Shown: positions 31,359-42,642 of the stretch, in pieces | Layout of the letters: every line of letters begins with the position of its first letter | Numbering within the stretch: the first letter of the stretch is position 1 | Assembly (NCBI GenBank): GCA_965223325.1 | Contig: CBDCWI010000002.1 | Span: 3,200,001-3,264,000 of the forward strand | Direction of reading: 5' to 3' | Length of the DNA stretch: 64,000 bases | From: Candidatus Multivoradales bacterium | Lineage (GTDB): Bacteria > Acidobacteriota > Thermoanaerobaculia > Multivoradales > Multivoraceae | Made by a program: the position numbers and the translations under genes | Notes under the pieces: model-generated | Database searches by the model: none | Told to the model about the DNA's origin: nothing | Seen by the model: the letters and a program-made list of their open reading frames with translations, nothing else

Positions 31359-31486
31359 TCCGCTCACCGCGGACCCCTTGGAGGGTCGCGGACGATTCTC
31401 GGTCAGGAGTAGGCAGGAGCCATGGAAGCCGGGGTTCTCTTCGCCGGCGACGGCCTCCTGGATTGACCCGCGAGCTGGTGAGCGGA
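31359..31486 (-). ncRNA. Candidate structured 5' leader of gltA
   Basis: Perfect 10-bp closing stem (31359-31368 / 31477-31486) with internal hairpins, starting at the predicted TSS. Confidence 0.4.
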
Positions 31487-31492
31487 CGCACC

Positions 31493-31522
31493 ATTGTAGC
31501 GCCGGTCCCGCGAGGCTCGCAA
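31493..31522 (-). promoter_or_regulatory. Putative sigma70 promoter of gltA (TTGCGA-N18-TACAAT)
   Basis: -35 at 31517-31522 and -10 at 31493-31498. Confidence 0.55.
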
Positions 31523-31549
31523 GGATTCAGGCGCCGTATCCCCGGCGGC

Positions 31550-32257
31550 TCAACGGCCGCGCTGGTCGCCCCACATCAGTTTGTGCAGCTGCCCTTGCAG
31601 GCGTACTTCGACTCCGTCGGCCAGAACCCAGGCGGCGAGATCGGCGAGCTCGAGCTCACCGGCCACTGGAGAGAACGTCACCGGGCAGCGGATCGGCTGG
31701 TGCTCAGCGAGAAGGGTACGCGCCCACTCATAGTCGTCGCGGCTAGCGAGAACCATCTTCAACTCGTCACGGGGGGTGAGCAACTCGAGGTTCTCGAGAC
31801 GGTTTGCTGCCGACTCACCGCTACCCGGACACTTGACATCGACGATCCGATGCACCCGAGCATCGACGCGCCCGATGTCGAGACCGCCTCCCGTCTCGAG
31901 CAAGACCTGGTAGCCGAGTTCACACAGTCGCTCCATGAGCGCCAGCGCACCCGGCTGGAGCAGTGGCTCGCCGCCGGTCACTTCGACGAGCCGGCAGTCG
32001 AACCCCTCGACCTGCTCGAGGACCCCGGCAACCGACTGCCAATCCCCCTCGTAGAAGGCGTACTCGGTGTCGCACCAACGGCAACGCATCTGGCAGCCGG
32101 TCAGCCGAACGAAAGTACAGGGCCATCCTGCCCAGCGCGATTCTCCCTGAATCGAGTGAAAGACCTCGCTGACCCGCAGGCGCTCCCGGGCCGGTCGGGC
32201 GACAAGCGGATGGGCAGGGCGGAGCTTGGGCTCGGGACGGTTCCGGGATCGAGTCAT
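31550..32257 (-). CDS. queE: 7-carboxy-7-deazaguanine synthase QueE-like radical SAM protein
   Basis: EVFHSIQGE, FVRLTGCQMRCRWCDT, VTGGEPLLQ, ETGG, QLHK motifs. Confidence 0.9.
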   Translation of the reverse strand: MTRSRNRPEPKLRPAHPLVARPARERLRVSEVFHSIQGESRWAGWPCTFVRLTGCQMRCRWCDTEYAFYEGDWQSVAGVLEQVEGFDCRLVEVTGGEPLLQPGALALMERLCELGYQVLLETGGGLDIGRVDARVHRIVDVKCPGSGESAANRLENLELLTPRDELKMVLASRDDYEWARTLLAEHQPIRCPVTFSPVAGELELADLAAWVLADGVEVRLQGQLHKLMWGDQRGR

Positions 32258-32339
32258 CGGTCTTTGGCCCTCCGCCGCCGGTGCCCATCCAGTTTCTTCG
32301 GGGGCGCGGAATGAATAGAGAGCGGGTGGCGTTGTATCA

Positions 32340-32537
32340 GGTGAGCGGACAAGAGGAATCGGGCCCGCTCGTCGGGGGTCCCTCGGCCGCAACCGTCCTC
32401 TTCCTCCCATTGCTGGACGGCTGCTGATTCTACGACTCCTCGTCGCGGAACACCGCGGACCCCAGTGAGGCAATCTCCGCCCGATTCCATCCCAGACCCT
32501 GCGTCGCTCCTCCCTCCGCGACGCAGGGTTCTTTTTT
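32340..32537 (+). ncRNA. Candidate small RNA between queE and acnA
   Basis: Nested stems 32355-32364/32479-32488, 32375-32381/32457-32463 and 32393-32398/32415-32420, followed by a + strand terminator. 5' end unknown. Confidence 0.45.
32496..32537 (+). terminator. Intrinsic terminator, + orientation
   Basis: 12-bp stem ACCCTGCGTCGC/GCGACGCAGGGT, loop TCCTCCCTCC, tail TCTTTTTT. Confidence 0.75.
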
Positions 32538-32565
32538 CCCGGTCCTAGCGAGCCCGGTGGGCTCC

Positions 32566-35262
<2,697 letters not shown>

Positions 35263-35468
35263 GGCGTCTCCTGAGGTCTTTGGCAGCCTGGAGTCCGGAG
35301 CCCGGAACGGCTGGAGATCGAGTTGAACCGCGCTCCGCGGCGATCTGAAACCAGGATCAGCGAAGACGGGCTAATGCGCGAGGAGCTTGGTGAGCAGAAC
35401 GCAGCGAGGGAGCCCGGAGGATAACGCAAGGGCAGCCCTCCTACCGGTTCAGGGCCCGTCCCCTCAGC

Positions 35469-35474
35469 TACAAT
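35469..35474 (+). promoter_or_regulatory. -10 hexamer TACAAT, putative leaderless promoter
   Basis: 6 nt upstream of ATG 35481, no SD. Confidence 0.6.
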
Positions 35475-35480
35475 TTCGTC

Positions 35481-36074
35481 ATGGAGCACTCGCTCACCGC
35501 GCCCACCCTATTGCTGGCAATGCCCCAGGTTCTGGACCCTTTCTTCCACAAGAGCATCGTCTTGTTGATGGCGCACGACGACGACGGCAGCCTCGGCCTG
35601 GTGGTCAACCGGCCCACGGATCTGACGGTTCACGACGTGCTCGAAGACCTCGAAATGCCGTGGAGTGGCGACCCCAACGCGCTGGTCTGGGTCGGTGGTC
35701 CAGTCAGACCGCAGGTCGGAACGGTCTTGTTTCGCGACCGCAGCAAGGCGCAAGAAGTCCCCGCTACAGCCTCTGAGGAAACCACCGGTACGGAGGTCCT
35801 ACCCGGCCTCAAGCTGACCCAACAGATCTCCGAACTCGAAAGACTCGCTCAGCATCCACCCGACGGTCTACGTTTGATTCTGGGTTACGCCGGCTGGTCC
35901 GAAGGCCAGCTGCTCGAAGAAGTCATGCGCAACGACTGGCTGACAGCACCGGTTGACCTCGATCTCGTCTTCAACATGTCGCCGGCCGAAGCGTGGGAGT
36001 GTGGACTCCGCTCTGTTGGTGTGGACCCCGCCACATTGCCGTCATGGACCGCCCCGAGCGGGCCCGCCAACTGA
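35481..36074 (+). CDS. YqgE/AlgH family protein
   Basis: LLAMP..DPFF, GLVVNRP, GGPV, GYAGW..GQL..E motifs. Confidence 0.93.
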   Translation: MEHSLTAPTLLLAMPQVLDPFFHKSIVLLMAHDDDGSLGLVVNRPTDLTVHDVLEDLEMPWSGDPNALVWVGGPVRPQVGTVLFRDRSKAQEVPATASEETTGTEVLPGLKLTQQISELERLAQHPPDGLRLILGYAGWSEGQLLEEVMRNDWLTAPVDLDLVFNMSPAEAWECGLRSVGVDPATLPSWTAPSGPAN

Positions 36075-36080
36075 ACGGCG

Positions 36081-36506
36081 ATGCCCGATTTTCAGCACTC
36101 AGCGGGGGGCCTGGTGGTCCGCAACACCGAGGAAGTGCTGTTGATCTCGACCCAGAACGGCTCGCGCTGGCAGCTGCCCAAGGGCCACGTCGAAGGCGAA
36201 GAGACGCCGGAACAAACGGCGGTGCGCGAGATCCAGGAAGAGACCGGGGTCACCGGCCGCGTGCTCGAGGCGATCGGGATGGTCGAGTACGACTTCAAGA
36301 GCCATCATGGGCGACCGATTCGCAAACGGGTCGACTACTTCCTGCTCGACTACGAAAGCGGAACGACTCGCGACTTCGATCCTTCGGAAGTGTCCGGTGC
36401 GCGCTGGTTCGCTTGGTCCGAGGCTCTCGAGCGTCTGACATTCGACAACGAACGCGCCCTCGTACAGAGCACCTTCCTGCGCAACTTCGAAGCCGAGCTT
36501 CCCTAG
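36081..36506 (+). CDS. NUDIX hydrolase
   Basis: Nudix box PKGHVEGEETPEQTAVREIQEETG. Confidence 0.93.
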   Translation: MPDFQHSAGGLVVRNTEEVLLISTQNGSRWQLPKGHVEGEETPEQTAVREIQEETGVTGRVLEAIGMVEYDFKSHHGRPIRKRVDYFLLDYESGTTRDFDPSEVSGARWFAWSEALERLTFDNERALVQSTFLRNFEAELP

Positions 36507-36513
36507 ATCCGCG

Positions 36514-36897
36514 ATGGCTACGCCCAGAAGCCGTGCGCCGCTCACATGTCTCGCAGTCCTCTGCATCGTTGCACTGGGCGCTGGTCTCACCGGCTGCTAC
36601 ACCCCACCCGATCCCCGTCCGCTGTGGGCCGAGCACTGCGCCAAGTGCCACGGGCCTGATGGCCGCGGCGACCCTCGCCGCGCACACACCGATCCAGGGC
36701 TCGACCTATCACGATCACCCATGGTCGCCGCCAAGGCCAACGGCCGCATCTACACAATCATCAAATCAGGCGCGCCCGCCATGCCGGGCTACGCCCACAA
36801 ACTCGAGTACGAAGAACTGGACGCCTTGACGGCCTTTGTGCTCGCGATCGAGCAGCAGACCCCACCCGAAGACACAGGATCAGGAGACCAGCCGTGA
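36514..36897 (+). CDS. Monoheme cytochrome c lipoprotein
   Basis: Lipobox LTGC, CAKCHG, distal Met in AMPGY. Confidence 0.9.
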   Translation: MATPRSRAPLTCLAVLCIVALGAGLTGCYTPPDPRPLWAEHCAKCHGPDGRGDPRRAHTDPGLDLSRSPMVAAKANGRIYTIIKSGAPAMPGYAHKLEYEELDALTAFVLAIEQQTPPEDTGSGDQP

Positions 36898-37097
36898 ACG
36901 CCGAGAAATTCAAAGAGGCCTACGCACGTCTGCAGGCACTGGACGACAAGACCTACAGAGTCCGGCCGCGTAGCGGTGGTCTGACACGGCCGAGCATCGA
37001 GCAACTGGAGGAGAAGATGCACGAGCTCGCCGACTACACGATCGATCTCAAAGAGATCGTCGACGACCTGTTCCAGGCAATCGCTGCACCCAGCTAG
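36894..37097 (+). CDS. Small helical hypothetical protein
   Basis: GTGA overlap, AGGAG SD, typical codon usage. Confidence 0.75.
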   Translation: MNAEKFKEAYARLQALDDKTYRVRPRSGGLTRPSIEQLEEKMHELADYTIDLKEIVDDLFQAIAAPS

Positions 37098-37112
37098 CCA
37101 GCGAGTGTGAGG

Positions 37113-37616
37113 CTAGCGACTACCGGTCGACCCGTAGCCCCCGCTGCCGCGCTCGGTTTCGCGAGTCACAACGCCCTCGCTCACCAACACCATCGGAACC
37201 GGCGCCAGGAGAAGCTGAGCCACACGATTGCCTCGCTCGACCTCGAACGGCTGGTCACCGTGGTTGATCAAGAGCACCGAGACTTCGCCGCGATAGTCAC
37301 TGTCGATGGTGCCCGGAGCGTTGAGCACCGTCACGCCATGACGCAGTGCCAACCCGCTACGTGGACGAACCTGGCCCTCCCAGCCCTCGGGAATGGCGAA
37401 GACCAATCCGGTGGGCACCAGTCGACGTTCACCCGGGCCAATGACCAGCGTTTCATCGACGGCTGCCCGCAGGTCGAGACCCGCCGAGCCCGAGGTCGCG
37501 ACCTCGGGAAGCGGCACTCCTTCTGCATGCGCCAGTCGCTCGATTTCGAGTTGGACGGTGCAGCGGGGTAGAGAGACCTCGGAGCGGGCAGAGACGGCGA
37601 CCGGTGAAGTGTTCAT
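37113..37616 (-). CDS. dut: dUTP diphosphatase
   Basis: [41 protein letters not shown] motifs. TATATT (37624-37629) lies 7 nt before ATG 37616. Confidence 0.97.
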   Translation of the reverse strand: MNTSPVAVSARSEVSLPRCTVQLEIERLAHAEGVPLPEVATSGSAGLDLRAAVDETLVIGPGERRLVPTGLVFAIPEGWEGQVRPRSGLALRHGVTVLNAPGTIDSDYRGEVSVLLINHGDQPFEVERGNRVAQLLLAPVPMVLVSEGVVTRETERGSGGYGSTGSR

Positions 37617-37644
37617 TGCCGCCAATATAGCCTCTACTCAGACG

Positions 37645-38676
37645 CTAGTTGTTGCGCCGGCGAGGCGGCCGCGGAGATGGGAGGCGCGGCTGGCGCGGAC
37701 GATCTCCGTCGTCGTTGCGGCCGACGTCCGGTCGGTCGCCGCGCCGATCGCCGAATCGACTGCCACTCTGGTCGCGATCGCTTCCCAACCCGCCTCGATT
37801 GCCGAGACCGCGACCGCCGCCGAGCTCCTGCCCCTGGCCACCACCAGGGCCGCTTCCCTGTTCGATCTGCGGCTCCAGGCCTTCAGGGAAGGGACGCCAG
37901 AAAACGCCACTGTTCGGCCGCGGCATCGGCTTGTCGGCGCCGAGAATGATGGGCTGCGGCACGATGTCGGCACGGAAGTGCCACTTCTCGTAGTTCGTTT
38001 CGCCGAGAAAAACGCGGATGCTGTCGCCTTCGACAGCCGGGTAGACGCCAATGATCGGTCCGGAGGTGCGCGACTCTCGTCGGCGACCGAAGACATCGCG
38101 TTCATCGCTCGGCGGTACCGCAACGACCGACGAGCCGCGCCGCTGTGAGGGTGCTTGACCAAATTCACCGCTGCGAGTCCCCGGTCCCGAGGGCACTTCG
38201 GAGCGACGGTCGCCGCTCGCGGATTGACCCTGACCCGGGCGGCGGGCCTCTGGGTTTCGCCCACCGCGGCGTCCCTGACCAGGCCGGGAACCAGGAGCAC
38301 CGGCACTGGTCTGGAGCAACACACCCCAGGCGCCGTCTTCGTTCATCGGGTTGGGAAAGAGCTGGCGAATGGCGCGGGGCTCTATTTCGACGAGTTCGTC
38401 GAGGGTGTTGGGGAAACGACCGTTGCGCAACTGGAATACGCGCACCGCCTCCGCGTATTGCATGCCGCGAAAGATCGTCTCGACCTCTTTCTCACGTTGA
38501 ATGACAGTCGACCAGCGCTCGAACCCTGCCGCCAGGAGAAGGTTGGCCACGGTAACCAACATCAAGAGAATGACGAGGTTGTAGCCTTCCTCGCCGCGAC
38601 GGCGAATGACCTCTGGGTCGGGAGCGACCTCGGGCCTTCCGCCCGGCATGAAGTTGCGCGTAAACACGGCTACCAA
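37645..38676 (-). CDS. Minor (pseudo)pilin with Gly/Arg-rich insert and tail
   Basis: Atypical prepilin site EEG/YNLVIL, hydrophobic helix, QREKE, RFPNTLDEL. Start could be ATG 38649. Confidence 0.8.
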   Translation of the reverse strand: MVAVFTRNFMPGGRPEVAPDPEVIRRRGEEGYNLVILLMLVTVANLLLAAGFERWSTVIQREKEVETIFRGMQYAEAVRVFQLRNGRFPNTLDELVEIEPRAIRQLFPNPMNEDGAWGVLLQTSAGAPGSRPGQGRRGGRNPEARRPGQGQSASGDRRSEVPSGPGTRSGEFGQAPSQRRGSSVVAVPPSDERDVFGRRRESRTSGPIIGVYPAVEGDSIRVFLGETNYEKWHFRADIVPQPIILGADKPMPRPNSGVFWRPFPEGLEPQIEQGSGPGGGQGQELGGGRGLGNRGGLGSDRDQSGSRFGDRRGDRPDVGRNDDGDRPRQPRLPSPRPPRRRNN

Positions 38677-39212
38677 TCCGAATAGAACGTCTCGCCGTTG
38701 AGCTCACGGTCCTCCGACAGCGAATAGACATCCCATATCCCCGGGGCGCCACTCTCATCGACATCGGTCTCGGCGGGAATCTCTTCCGAGTCGTACTCTT
38801 CGTACACAACCCCCCACTCGTCCGTGCCGGTGAATGGATCGCGCGGCAACGCCCTCAGATAGCCCTCTTCGACCAGCGCATCGAGCGTGCTCGGGTAGTG
38901 ACCCTTGTCGGCGTAGTGCTGATCGAGCAGGTCGCGCAGGGTGTGCAGAGTCGACTTGAGCGTCGCTTCTTTGGCCTTCCTGGGCACGTTGCGCATCGCC
39001 GGCATGGCTGCCGCGGCAAGAATGCCGATGATCGCGATCACAATGATCAGCTCCAACAAGGTGAAGCCCTGCTGGCCGGGACGACGGCTGCGAGCCAGGG
39101 TGAACCAGCCGGCTGCACCGGGCGAGGAGGGTGAAGGTGTCGTTCCGCTCTTCGGACGCTTCGCTTCTGGAACTTCGTGGACGAAAATCTCGAGCGCTGT
39201 GCCTTCCATCAT
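38670..39212 (-). CDS. GspG-like pseudopilin
   Basis: QQG/FTLLEL, YPSTLDALVEEGYLRALPRDPFT. Confidence 0.9.
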   Translation of the reverse strand: MMEGTALEIFVHEVPEAKRPKSGTTPSPSSPGAAGWFTLARSRRPGQQGFTLLELIIVIAIIGILAAAAMPAMRNVPRKAKEATLKSTLHTLRDLLDQHYADKGHYPSTLDALVEEGYLRALPRDPFTGTDEWGVVYEEYDSEEIPAETDVDESGAPGIWDVYSLSEDRELNGETFYSDW

Positions 39213-39216
39213 CAGA

Positions 39217-39717
39217 TCACCAGGTCTCGTACGGCGTGCCATCAAGCGCCGTTCCTTCAGAAAGTGAATAGACGTCAAAGACATTCTCGCCACCCCAGGA
39301 CGTCGAGTCGGGTTCGTCGCGAACGCTACGCAGGCCCCACTCCTCCTCGCCGGTCATCGGGTCGACCGGAATGCGCCTCAAGAAGCGCACCTGGCGGTCG
39401 ACCTGTCCGACGACATCGACAGGCTCGATCAGGGTCTCGAGCTCGGCGGGGTAACCCTCTGAGCCAAGCTCGAGGGGAATCAACCCGGCATCGCTATAGC
39501 GCTTGTACTCGTCGATGGCGTTGCGCATGGTGCGCAGGTGATGGCGCAGTTCCATCTCCTTCGTACGCTTGACCGAGAACTTGGCCACCGGAACAGCGGC
39601 CATGGTAATGATGCCGAGCACGGCGATCACCACGACCAGCTCAATCAGCGTCGTGCCACGCTCAGAGCGTCGCGATCGAAAGCTCGGGCCACTCGCCCGC
39701 TGGGCCAAAGAGGTCAT
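39217..39717 (-). CDS. GspG-like pseudopilin
   Basis: ERG/TTLIEL, GYPAELETL, FLRRIPVDPMT, VFDVYS. Confidence 0.9.
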   Translation of the reverse strand: MTSLAQRASGPSFRSRRSERGTTLIELVVVIAVLGIITMAAVPVAKFSVKRTKEMELRHHLRTMRNAIDEYKRYSDAGLIPLELGSEGYPAELETLIEPVDVVGQVDRQVRFLRRIPVDPMTGEEEWGLRSVRDEPDSTSWGGENVFDVYSLSEGTALDGTPYETW

Positions 39718-42491
39718 CGGAGGGCTCGATCCGCCGTGGGTTGGTTCTCGGCCGAGCTGCCGGGTAAGAGCGCACCGACCTGGCCGCGACTCCGAGACTT
39801 GGGGGTTTTGGGTTCAACTCCACCGATCTCGAGAGCGAGCGGCGCCACCGAAACCCCCTGATACTCCGCGAGCGTTTCGTCGAGGACCTTCAGCTCACTG
39901 AGCCCGAGCTCGGTTGGTCCCGGCGCCAGCGTTCTGAAACGCAACGTCACAATCGCACCCGATCCGGCGACACCCGGCACATCGCCGAGCCGACTGGCGC
40001 CGACCAGCACCCGACCGGGCCGTGAAGTATCGAAGAGGACCTCGTTGGAAGCGCCGAAGAAGCCCCCATCCGAGACCTCGAGCGGCTCCAAGCGTCGCGG
40101 ATCGTACTCGAGGGTAAAGGGCACATGGGAGAGCGGGGAACGCGCGTTGACGCGCAACTCGACCGTCACTTCGTCGCCAACGGTGATCGCCTGGGCCTGA
40201 CTGACGAGGTTGAGCGTGATGTCTTGACCGGGGTTCGGTGGCACGGGCGGAGGATCGATCGGCCCCGGCGGGTCGAAGATGCCGTCTTCGGGCCGCGGCT
40301 CAAGTGCCTGACCGGCAACCGACTGACGGTCTGCCTGAGGTCGGGTGAGCTCGCGTTCCGCGAGATCGCCCTCGCGTCGCGTCTTTTGCTCGCCCTTCTC
40401 GTTCTCCTGTTCCTGCGGCCCCGCTTCCCACACGCTGGCCAGCTCGGCGCCATTCTCTTCTGCGAAGCCCTGCACCCAGCCCGGCCCCAGGGCGAAGGCG
40501 ATGCCGCCGTCATCGACCGGGCCGAGGTCACTCATCATGCGAGGCGGCTCGCCGTCGGACTCGTCGTCGTCATCGTCACGATCGAAAGGTGACGAGCGCG
40601 GTGACTGGGGAACCAGATCGGTCCCCGACGGTGGTGCCTGCTGCTCCTCCTGCTCGTTTTCCTGACCGTTGCGAAGGCCGCGCGGTAGCTGTTGCAGGCG
40701 GCGACGCATGCGCTCTTGAGCGTCATCGACCTCGCCGCGCGGCTCATCGTCGAAGGGCCCCTGGACGTCCGACTCGATGCGCGGCGAACCGCCCGAGAAC
40801 GTCAAGTTGGCTTCGGTACCGACCCAGATCGGCGTGAGGTCCTCTTCGGTGATGTCGGCACGCCGCACGATGTGGGGGGTCAACGTCAAGACGATGTCTG
40901 AACGCTGCGCCTGAGTGCGCTTGCTGCTGAACAGGCGCCCGAGGAGCGGAATCTCTGACAGGCCCGGCACGCCGTTCTCAGACTCCGTATCGTCCTGGCG
41001 CAAGAGACCGGCCAGGAAGTTCGTCTCGCCGTCCTTCAGGCGAATGGTGGTTTCGATGTTGCGCGTACCGATGATGGGCTGGTTGTCGATGTTGCCGGCG
41101 ATATTCGAAACCTCGACCGAGATCGAGAGTGAAATCTCTTCGTTGTGATGCACCCGGGGTTCGACCTCGATGATGATGCCGACGTCTTGATACTGGAACG
41201 ATGTGATCGGGACGACGTTCGAGCCGACAGTGTTTGCGGTGTTGAAGCTGGTCACTGGAACCGGAACACGGTCGCCGATTCGAAGTCTTGCCCGCTCACC
41301 TTCGCTGATCCGCAGCTGCGGCTTGGCCAGGGTCTGCGCTTCAGTCTGTTCGCGAAGAAAGTCGAATACGAAGCCCGGAATCGTCACCGACCAGTCGTTC
41401 TCGTTGAGGAACTCGAGGTCCGAGAAGCGCAGCGAGCTGTCTTCCCCGCCGGTGTTGACCGACCAACCAACGCTGTACTGACTCATCGACAAGCCGAGGT
41501 CGCGGAGAGCGTTGGTGCTGAGCTCGATCAACTCAACGTCGACGACCACCTCGGCCTTGGCTTTGTCGTTCTGCTGAATGATGCGCTCGGCGATCTTCAC
41601 CTTGTCGGCGGTGTCACGAAGAATGATCGCATTGAGCTTCTCGTTCGATGCGATCTTGCGGGAGTCGACCAGCGAGCGGAGCATCGCCATGACGTCTTTG
41701 ACGTCCGAGTTGGAAAGAAAGAAGGTCTGAATGATGAGGTCTTCGTAGTTCCGCCGATTCTGTGGCGTGTCGGCAACCACGATGATCGAGTGCTCATCGA
41801 GCACCTTGTAGAAGTGGCCGGCGGTGCGCATCAAAATCTCGAGCGCGTCCTGCGCCGTGACTTCACGCAAAGTGATCGAGACCTCCTGGTCGCGCAGCTT
41901 GGGATCGAAGAGCACATTGATGCCGAACGCCTTGCCGAGGGCCTGGTAGATCTTCTGAATCGACACCGGCTCGGGGAAGTCGAGGTCGATGGGCTCGTTG
42001 GAGCGCGGGTTGAGGACCGGCGGCAGGCCGGTCGAGCCCGACGTGCGCGACTTGATCTCGGCCAACGTCTCGCGGCTTTCACCGCGGCGCTGCGCCTCGA
42101 TTTGTTCGCGCACCTTGCGTAGCTCGGCTTGCGCGTACTGGTTGGTGGGGTCGAGCTGCACAGCTTTCTGGAGCTCGATCATCGCCTGGCGCAAGAGGCC
42201 AGCGTCGAGCTGCTCTTTCGCCTTGTCGAAGTGCTCGTGCGAGGCCGCGCTCTTGGCACGCACGAGGGCGGTGCGGTAGCGCAGGTCTTTGGGGTTGCGG
42301 CTGACCAACTCCATGTACTCGAGGACCGCCTGATCCCAGTCGCCCTCCGTCTCGGCAACCTGGGCGTTGCGGTAGCTGCGGTAGCCGGAGCATGCAGACA
42401 CCAACAGCCCGCAGACCAGTAGGAGGGCGACCGTGGCGCCTTTCCCGGGGACCTCTGCGCGCTTCGGGGAGTCCTGATCGACTCGGTTCAT
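39714..42491 (-). CDS. Secretin (GspD/PilQ family) lipoprotein with N-terminal TPR and C-terminal cohesin-like domain
   Basis: Lipobox VSAC, TPRs, LAKPQLR, YQDVG, GLSEIPLLGRLFS, LTPHIVR and a C-terminal beta-sandwich. Start 42491 or 42512. Confidence 0.93.
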   Translation of the reverse strand: MNRVDQDSPKRAEVPGKGATVALLLVCGLLVSACSGYRSYRNAQVAETEGDWDQAVLEYMELVSRNPKDLRYRTALVRAKSAASHEHFDKAKEQLDAGLLRQAMIELQKAVQLDPTNQYAQAELRKVREQIEAQRRGESRETLAEIKSRTSGSTGLPPVLNPRSNEPIDLDFPEPVSIQKIYQALGKAFGINVLFDPKLRDQEVSITLREVTAQDALEILMRTAGHFYKVLDEHSIIVVADTPQNRRNYEDLIIQTFFLSNSDVKDVMAMLRSLVDSRKIASNEKLNAIILRDTADKVKIAERIIQQNDKAKAEVVVDVELIELSTNALRDLGLSMSQYSVGWSVNTGGEDSSLRFSDLEFLNENDWSVTIPGFVFDFLREQTEAQTLAKPQLRISEGERARLRIGDRVPVPVTSFNTANTVGSNVVPITSFQYQDVGIIIEVEPRVHHNEEISLSISVEVSNIAGNIDNQPIIGTRNIETTIRLKDGETNFLAGLLRQDDTESENGVPGLSEIPLLGRLFSSKRTQAQRSDIVLTLTPHIVRRADITEEDLTPIWVGTEANLTFSGGSPRIESDVQGPFDDEPRGEVDDAQERMRRRLQQLPRGLRNGQENEQEEQQAPPSGTDLVPQSPRSSPFDRDDDDDESDGEPPRMMSDLGPVDDGGIAFALGPGWVQGFAEENGAELASVWEAGPQEQENEKGEQKTRREGDLAERELTRPQADRQSVAGQALEPRPEDGIFDPPGPIDPPPVPPNPGQDITLNLVSQAQAITVGDEVTVELRVNARSPLSHVPFTLEYDPRRLEPLEVSDGGFFGASNEVLFDTSRPGRVLVGASRLGDVPGVAGSGAIVTLRFRTLAPGPTELGLSELKVLDETLAEYQGVSVAPLALEIGGVEPKTPKSRSRGQVGALLPGSSAENQPTADRALR

Positions 42492-42562
42492 GTGGCTGTT
42501 CCTATGGTGCATGGTGTTGTCTGCTTTGAAATCGTTGTCTGCCGTTTCGGCCGCGTACTCAT
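42488..42562 (-). CDS. 24-aa bridging mini-ORF
   Basis: MSTRPKRQTTISKQTTPCTIGTAT*, with ATGA overlaps at both ends. Confidence 0.4.
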   Translation of the reverse strand: MSTRPKRQTTISKQTTPCTIGTAT

Positions 42563-42642
42563 CGAGTCCCGCGCGGAGCGCTTCTGCCTGTCTTACGGAC
42601 GAGGTCGTGGCTCCGTCCTCGGCTGCGCCTTGAATCGTTCAT
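42559..42642 (-). CDS. 27-aa bridging mini-ORF
   Basis: MNDSRRSRGRSHDLVRKTGRSAPRGTR*, with ATGA overlaps at both ends. Confidence 0.4.
   Translation of the reverse strand: MNDSRRSRGRSHDLVRKTGRSAPRGTR

Noticed and set aside
32258-32490. preQ1 riboswitch, or a real 78-aa gene upstream of queE
   Set aside because: No preQ1 consensus is visible. The ORF has an ATGA overlap with queE but no recognisable features and is not linked to the acnA stop; unresolved rather than supported.
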